A DNA stretch of 64,000 nucleotides from Spirochaetia bacterium (GTDB lineage Bacteria; Spirochaetota; Spirochaetia; SZUA-6; Bin103): contig OZ241863.1 in the NCBI GenBank assembly GCA_965203055.1, positions 96,001 to 160,000 on the forward strand, given 5' to 3'. The translations under genes were made by a program, and so were the position numbers. Of the stretch, positions 59,149-64,000 are shown piece after piece; the first letter of the stretch is position 1; each line of letters opens with the position of its first letter. Below the pieces are notes generated by a model that saw nothing but the letters and a program-made list of their open reading frames with translations, ran no database searches and had not been told where the DNA came from.

Positions 59149-60279
59149 ATGGACGAACTGCACCGCATCATCGAACATCTCGCCGCCGGCCCGCCCGGAC
59201 AGGGGTGCGCGCTGGCGACGCTGGTGTACGTCGAGGGTTCGAGCTACCGCGGCGTGGGAGCGCGCGCGCTGGCCCTGCCTGACGGCAGCACCGTTGGCCT
59301 GATCAGCGGCGGCTGCCTGGAGGGCGACCTGCTGGAGCGCGCCGGCGAGGTGCTGGCCGACGGCCGCCCGCGCACCGTGCGCTACGACTCCACCTCTCCG
59401 GAGGACGCGCTGCTGGGGCTGGGGCTGGGCTGCAACGGGGTGGTCGAGGTGCTGCTGGAACGGGTAACGGCCGCCGACGCCGCGGCGGCCGCCCGCTATC
59501 TGCCGCTGCTGCGGCAGGCGCGCAACGACGGCCGGCGCGCGGCGCTGGCGACGGTGTACCGCTCGCCCGAAGCGGACGAGGTGGGCTCCCGCCTGGCGCT
59601 GATCGAGGCGGCTGCGGCGCCGGCGCGGCCGGCGACGCCCCACTACTTCGGCCCGCTGCGCGACGGGTTGCGGGAGGCGATGGCGCGCGATCTGGCCGCG
59701 CTCCTGGACCACGGCCGCTCGCGCGCCGCGGCGTATGAGGCCGCCGGTGACCGGGTGCAGGCGCTGCTGGAACTGGTGGAACCGCCGCTGGCCCTGACCG
59801 TGTGCGGCGCCGGTCCCGACGCGCAGCCGCTGGTGACCCTGGCCGCCGGCCTCGGCTGGGCGCCGCTGGTGTTCGACCACCGCGCCTCCTTTGCGCGCCC
59901 GGACCGGTTTCCCGACGCGGTGCGCGTGGTGACCGCGGCGCGCGAGGAATTTTCCGCCGCGGTACCGCCGCGGCCGGGTGAGGCGGCGGTGTTGATGACC
60001 CACAGCTACCCTGCCGACCTGCTCTACCTGGAGCAGCTCGCGCCCCGCAACTTGCGCTACCTCGGGGTCCTCGGCCCGCGCCGGCGGCTGGACCGGCTGC
60101 TGGCGGAACTGGGTCCGCGCGCCCCGGCGGAGGGCGTGCTCTACGGTCCGGCCGGGCTCGACATCGGCGCCGACACCCCGGCCGAAATCGCGCTTGCCAT
60201 CGCGGCCGAAATCCGCGCCGTGCTGGCCGGCCGCGGCGGCGGCTCGCTGCGCGCCCGCCCGACGCCGATTCACCGGTGA
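59149..60279 (+). CDS. XdhC/CoxI Moco-insertion chaperone
   Basis: GSSYRGVGA, ISGGCLE, GLGCNG, MTHSY, YLGVLG, PAGLDIGADTPAEIA. Confidence 0.9.
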   Translation: MDELHRIIEHLAAGPPGQGCALATLVYVEGSSYRGVGARALALPDGSTVGLISGGCLEGDLLERAGEVLADGRPRTVRYDSTSPEDALLGLGLGCNGVVEVLLERVTAADAAAAARYLPLLRQARNDGRRAALATVYRSPEADEVGSRLALIEAAAAPARPATPHYFGPLRDGLREAMARDLAALLDHGRSRAAAYEAAGDRVQALLELVEPPLALTVCGAGPDAQPLVTLAAGLGWAPLVFDHRASFARPDRFPDAVRVVTAAREEFSAAVPPRPGEAAVLMTHSYPADLLYLEQLAPRNLRYLGVLGPRRRLDRLLAELGPRAPAEGVLYGPAGLDIGADTPAEIALAIAAEIRAVLAGRGGGSLRARPTPIHR

Positions 60280-60896
60280 CCGGCGGCGCCGGCCGCGGGC
60301 GCGTGGCGGGGGTGATCCTGGCCGCCGGCGCTTCCCGGCGGCTGGGGCAACCCAAGCAACTGCTGCGCTACCGCGGCGAGACCCTGATTCACCGCAGCGC
60401 GCGGCTGGCGCACGCGGCCGGCCTGGCGCCGCTGCAGGTGGTGGTGGGCCACCGCGAGCGCGAGATGGCAGCCGCCCTCGGCGAGTTCGGCGCCGCCGCG
60501 GCGGTCGTGGCCAACCCCGACTGGCGCCGGGGCATGGGCGGCTCGCTGGCGCGCGGGATCGCGAGCCTGCCGCCCGCGGCCGCCGCGGCGCTGGTGCTGG
60601 TGTGCGACCAGTCGCAGCTCTCGGCCGCACTGCTCGGCGTCATGCTGGAGCGCTATCGGAGCGGCGGAACGACGCTGGTGGCCTGCCGCTACGCCAGCGG
60701 CGCCCTCGGGGTGCCCGCCCTGTTCGCCCGCTGCCACTTTGCCGAACTGGCCGCGCTGTCCGGCGACCGCGGCGCGCGCGCGCTGTTCGCCCGCCACGCC
60801 GCGTCCCTGGCCGCGGTCAGCTTCCCGGCCGGCGACTGCGACGTCGACACCCCGGCCGACGCCGCCGCCCTCGCCGATCACCAGTGCGCGACCTGA
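60276..60896 (+). CDS. MocA-like molybdenum cofactor cytidylyltransferase
   Basis: ILAAGASRRLGQPKQLL, NPDW..GM, LSGDRGAR, DVDTPAD. Confidence 0.88.
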   Translation: MTGGAGRGRVAGVILAAGASRRLGQPKQLLRYRGETLIHRSARLAHAAGLAPLQVVVGHREREMAAALGEFGAAAAVVANPDWRRGMGGSLARGIASLPPAAAAALVLVCDQSQLSAALLGVMLERYRSGGTTLVACRYASGALGVPALFARCHFAELAALSGDRGARALFARHAASLAAVSFPAGDCDVDTPADAAALADHQCAT

Positions 60897-60911
60897 CCGG
60901 CGCCCGTTCCG

Positions 60912-62135
60912 TCAGATGCCGAGAACTGCCTCCTGCGCCTGCCGGCGGATGAAACGCCCCAGCAGCGGGACGGCGAACGAGTAGCGGGCGCGGCGATTCT
61001 TGTACACCAGTCCCTGGGCCGCGAGCGCGGCCAGCATCTGGTTGACGTGGCTGCTGCCGAACGGCCGTTCCCTGCCGCGGCCCGATTCTTCGACTACTTC
61101 CTGGAACGTGAACTCCTCGTCGCAGTGGTCCAGCCGCGCGATCACGAACAGCAGGTCCCGCTGCCGGTCGGTAGCCCGCGCCCAGCGCCCGGCGAAGAAG
61201 TCGGCGTCGAGCTTTCGCTCGATCTCGGTCCGCAGGATGGAACCTTCTTCCCCCCGGTCGATCCTCTGTATGAACGCGTCATATACCTCCCGGCAGATGA
61301 ACTGGATGAAGTACGGGTAGCCGCCGGCCATGTCGATGATCCGGTCTACCGAGGAATCACTCAGACGAACCGGACAGTCGGCATCCGCCAGCGGCCGCCG
61401 AATCGCTTCCGCGCTCTCGACCCGGGTCAGGCTGCTCAGAAACCTGACTCTGAACATCCGCTCGGCGAACGTGCGCGCCTGCACCAGCTTGGGAAACAAG
61501 GTCGGAAGCCCGGTCAGGACCAGCATCAGCGGAAGCCCCTTGCGCTGCAGCGACTGGAAGGTATCGAGCAGCATCGACAGGGGAAATTGCTCTCGGGCCG
61601 ATTGATCGCTGAGGTTCTGCGCCTCGTCATAGGCAAACACGATGCCGCGCACGCCGCGGCGCTCCCGGGACAGCGTGCTCCATGCCAACTCCAGCACTGC
61701 CTTGGTCTTGTCGAGGGACAGGCCCGGAGTCCGCTGGTAATGGTCGATCAGGGCGTCATAGCCGAGCGGGTATTCGATCTCCTCCGGGGCGGCTGCGAAT
61801 CCGGCGCTGCGGACCTGCTCGGTTGCCGCGACCAAGTCCGCGGTCAACGGGGCCAGATCGGTGCACAGCCGGACCGCCATGCGGACTTCGCTGATGCTGG
61901 CGGCCTCCGACACGTCGCTGCCGACCCACGCCCACCTTCGTTCGACCGCCAGCGGCTTGAACGAGTCGAGCAGCACCGTCTTCCCCACCCCGCGAAGTCC
62001 GGTCAGAACCAGGTTTTCCAGAATGGTGCGCTGCCCGAGCAGGCGGATCAACTCGCTGCGCTCGGCGTCCCTCCCGGCCAGGTAGGGCGGCGGGTGGCCG
62101 GCGCCCGGGCGGAACGGGTTGGAGAACTTGGCCAT
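60912..62135 (-). CDS. Stand-alone AAA/STAND-type ATPase with C-terminal winged helix
   Basis: NPFRPGAG.PP.LAGR, GLRGVGKT, YDEAQ, GGYPYFIQ, LVYK..RARYSFAVP. Confidence 0.85.
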   Translation of the reverse strand: MAKFSNPFRPGAGHPPPYLAGRDAERSELIRLLGQRTILENLVLTGLRGVGKTVLLDSFKPLAVERRWAWVGSDVSEAASISEVRMAVRLCTDLAPLTADLVAATEQVRSAGFAAAPEEIEYPLGYDALIDHYQRTPGLSLDKTKAVLELAWSTLSRERRGVRGIVFAYDEAQNLSDQSAREQFPLSMLLDTFQSLQRKGLPLMLVLTGLPTLFPKLVQARTFAERMFRVRFLSSLTRVESAEAIRRPLADADCPVRLSDSSVDRIIDMAGGYPYFIQFICREVYDAFIQRIDRGEEGSILRTEIERKLDADFFAGRWARATDRQRDLLFVIARLDHCDEEFTFQEVVEESGRGRERPFGSSHVNQMLAALAAQGLVYKNRRARYSFAVPLLGRFIRRQAQEAVLGI

Positions 62136-62167
62136 GGCATGTTGACCTCCGTTACAGGTATGGACGC

Positions 62168-62196
62168 AATTTACACCATTGGCTAAGTTAAGTCAA
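62168..62196 (-). promoter_or_regulatory. sigma70 promoter of the ATPase gene
   Basis: TTGACT (62196-91), 17 nt, TAAATT (62173-68) in an AT-rich patch; GGAGG RBS downstream. Confidence 0.65.
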
Positions 62197-62201
62197 GTTG
62201 A

Positions 62202-63128
62202 TTAGTTCTCTGCGGCGGCCGCGAGCTTTTGGAACAGGTCGCGGAAGATCGGGTCACGCCGGACGAAGCGGGCGCAACGGATCAGGTGGCGGCCCCGGTC
62301 CACGCTCCAGGTGAGCTGATCGGTCAGCACCGGACTGGGCACCAGGTCAGCCGGCACCCAGGCCGGGTCGAGCAGGTAACCAATGGCGGCCACGTCCCAC
62401 AGCACCCGCGACCAGGCGTAGTGATCGGTACCCGACTCCTTGAAGCGCGACGCCAGGAAGGCGCCGAGCCTGCCGTGCGGCTCGACGTGGCGCTCGATCT
62501 CCGGGACGCTGGTGAGCAGGTGGCTGGTCACGCCCATGCAGGGCACCAGCACCAGGGGCACGCCGCAGTCGAGCAGGGTGCGGGCGGCGGGCAGGTCCTG
62601 GCGCAGATTGAACTCCCGGGTATCGGGCCAGTCGAGGGCGTGGCCTCCCAGCCACACCACGACGATCTTCGCGGCCAGCGCCGGCTCGATCAGCAGCGCC
62701 GAGGCGACGTTGGTGATTGCGCCGATCGCCACCACGTAGAGCGGATCGTCGTCCGCGGCGGCCAGCCCGCGCGCGATCAGGTCGCGCACCGCGGCCGACT
62801 CGCGCGGCTGCCCGGCGCGCCCCAGGTAGTCGGTCGAGCCGCGGAAGGCGAATCCGGCGGAGGAGCGCCCGAGGCGCTCCAGGAGGCGCAGGATCTCCCG
62901 GTAGCTCAATTCCATGCCGTGCCCCGGCCCGGTCGAGCGTTCGTTGTGGAACGGCGCCGCGTAGATCGCCTCCACGGCAAGCCGCTCCGGCGAGAGCAGG
63001 GCGTGCACCACCGCGAACTGATCGTCGGTCTCGTTGAAGGCGTCGGTGTCGAGCACCATCCGTACCCGGCCGGCGGGCGGGCGCAGCCGCGGCAGGCGGG
63101 CGGCGGCTGAGAGCTTGGGGAACATCAC
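62202..63128 (-). CDS. Nucleoside hydrolase (IUNH family)
   Basis: LDTDAFNETDDQFA, AIGAITNVA, EFNL.QD, LWDVAA. Confidence 0.88.
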   Translation of the reverse strand: MMFPKLSAAARLPRLRPPAGRVRMVLDTDAFNETDDQFAVVHALLSPERLAVEAIYAAPFHNERSTGPGHGMELSYREILRLLERLGRSSAGFAFRGSTDYLGRAGQPRESAAVRDLIARGLAAADDDPLYVVAIGAITNVASALLIEPALAAKIVVVWLGGHALDWPDTREFNLRQDLPAARTLLDCGVPLVLVPCMGVTSHLLTSVPEIERHVEPHGRLGAFLASRFKESGTDHYAWSRVLWDVAAIGYLLDPAWVPADLVPSPVLTDQLTWSVDRGRHLIRCARFVRRDPIFRDLFQKLAAAAEN

Positions 63129-63242
63129 GCCGCATCCTACACCAGCGGGGCCGCGGCGGCCGGGAGCCGTCCGGACACGTATTGCGCCCGCGGCGCGGGA
63201 GACGCACTATAGGGAGCGACGCCACACACCCGGAGGCAGCAG

Positions 63243-64000
63243 ATGGCAGACACCTACGCGCCGAGCGCCACGGCCTATCCGATTGCGCGCGCCCACGTGA
63301 ACAGTCTCGACCGCTACCGGGAGCTGTACGACCGCTCATTGCGCGACCCGGACGGCTTCTGGTCGGAGGCGGCCGAGCGGCTCACCTGGTTCCGCCGCTG
63401 GCAGCAGGTGCGCAGCTACGACTTCGTCACGGCCGACATCACCTGGTTCACCGGCGCCACGCTCAACGCCTGCTACAACTGCGTGGACCGCCACGTCGCG
63501 GCCGGGCACGGCGCCGCCGGCGCCATCATCTGGGAGGGCAACGACCCGGACGAAGACTCCACCCTGACCTACTCCGAGCTGCTGGAGCAGGTACAGAAGT
63601 TCGCCAACGTGCTCAAGAGCCTGGGCGCCGGCAAGGGAGACCGGGTGTGCATCTACCTGCAGATGGTGCCGGAGCTGGCGGTGGCGATGCTGGCCTGCGC
63701 CCGCATCGGCGCGGTGCACTCCATCGTGTTCGGGGCGTTCTCCGCCCAGTCGCTGCGCGACCGCATCAACGACTCCACCTGCAAGCTGCTGATCACCCAG
63801 GACACCGCCTTGCGCGGCCCCAAGGGCGGCATCCCGATGAAGGCCAACGCCGATCAGGCGGCCGCCGAGTGCCCCAGCATCGAACGCATGGTGGTGGTGC
63901 GCCGCAGCGGCGACCCGGTGGCGTTCGACGCCGGGCGCGACGTGTGGTGGCACGAAGCGATGGCCGCGGCCGCCGCCGATTGCCCGCCGGAGCCGATGGC
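63243..64000 (+). CDS. acs: Acetyl-CoA synthetase (5' part; truncated by the window end)
   Basis: GGAGG RBS; MADTY...DPDGFW...LNACYNCVDRH...IIWEG...MLACARIGAVHSIVFGAFS. Missing from the ORF track because there is no stop in the window. Confidence 0.93.
   Translation, partial: MADTYAPSATAYPIARAHVNSLDRYRELYDRSLRDPDGFWSEAAERLTWFRRWQQVRSYDFVTADITWFTGATLNACYNCVDRHVAAGHGAAGAIIWEGNDPDEDSTLTYSELLEQVQKFANVLKSLGAGKGDRVCIYLQMVPELAVAMLACARIGAVHSIVFGAFSAQSLRDRINDSTCKLLITQDTALRGPKGGIPMKANADQAAAECPSIERMVVVRRSGDPVAFDAGRDVWWHEAMAAAAADCPPEPM

Overview
This 64 kb window is gene-dense, very GC-rich bacterial chromosome. The ymdB-variant/rpoN/hpf/hprK/ptsH/lexA/holA/uvrC block suggests a spirochaete-like host (inference). 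Most of the window is housekeeping and metabolism: gltA, htpG, trpS, folC, murA, rpmE, dcd, pncAB, acs, a PhoR/PhoB-like pair, ABC transporters and molybdenum-hydroxylase genes. It also holds tRNA-Leu(CAG) and tRNA-Ala(CGC). Highlights: (1) a lower-GC two-gene cassette just 3' of tRNA-Leu, encoding a NYN/PIN nuclease and a NACHT/STAND-like NTPase with pentapeptide-like repeats, is the best candidate for an undescribed defence system; (2) a 59-aa Bd0055-like bacterial histone; (3) a paired-amidohydrolase + Rieske + ALDH cluster resembling AibH1H2-type dinuclear oxygenases; (4) a tightly coupled alkylation-repair operon containing a NYN-OST/LOTUS RNase; (5) a HigB/HigA-ImmA TA module and an internally deleted vapC; (6) a PhyH-SMP30 fusion. 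I saw no CRISPR array, rRNA, transposase or integrase. All calls come from reading motifs by eye; no database searches were run, and several start codons are my choice among alternatives.
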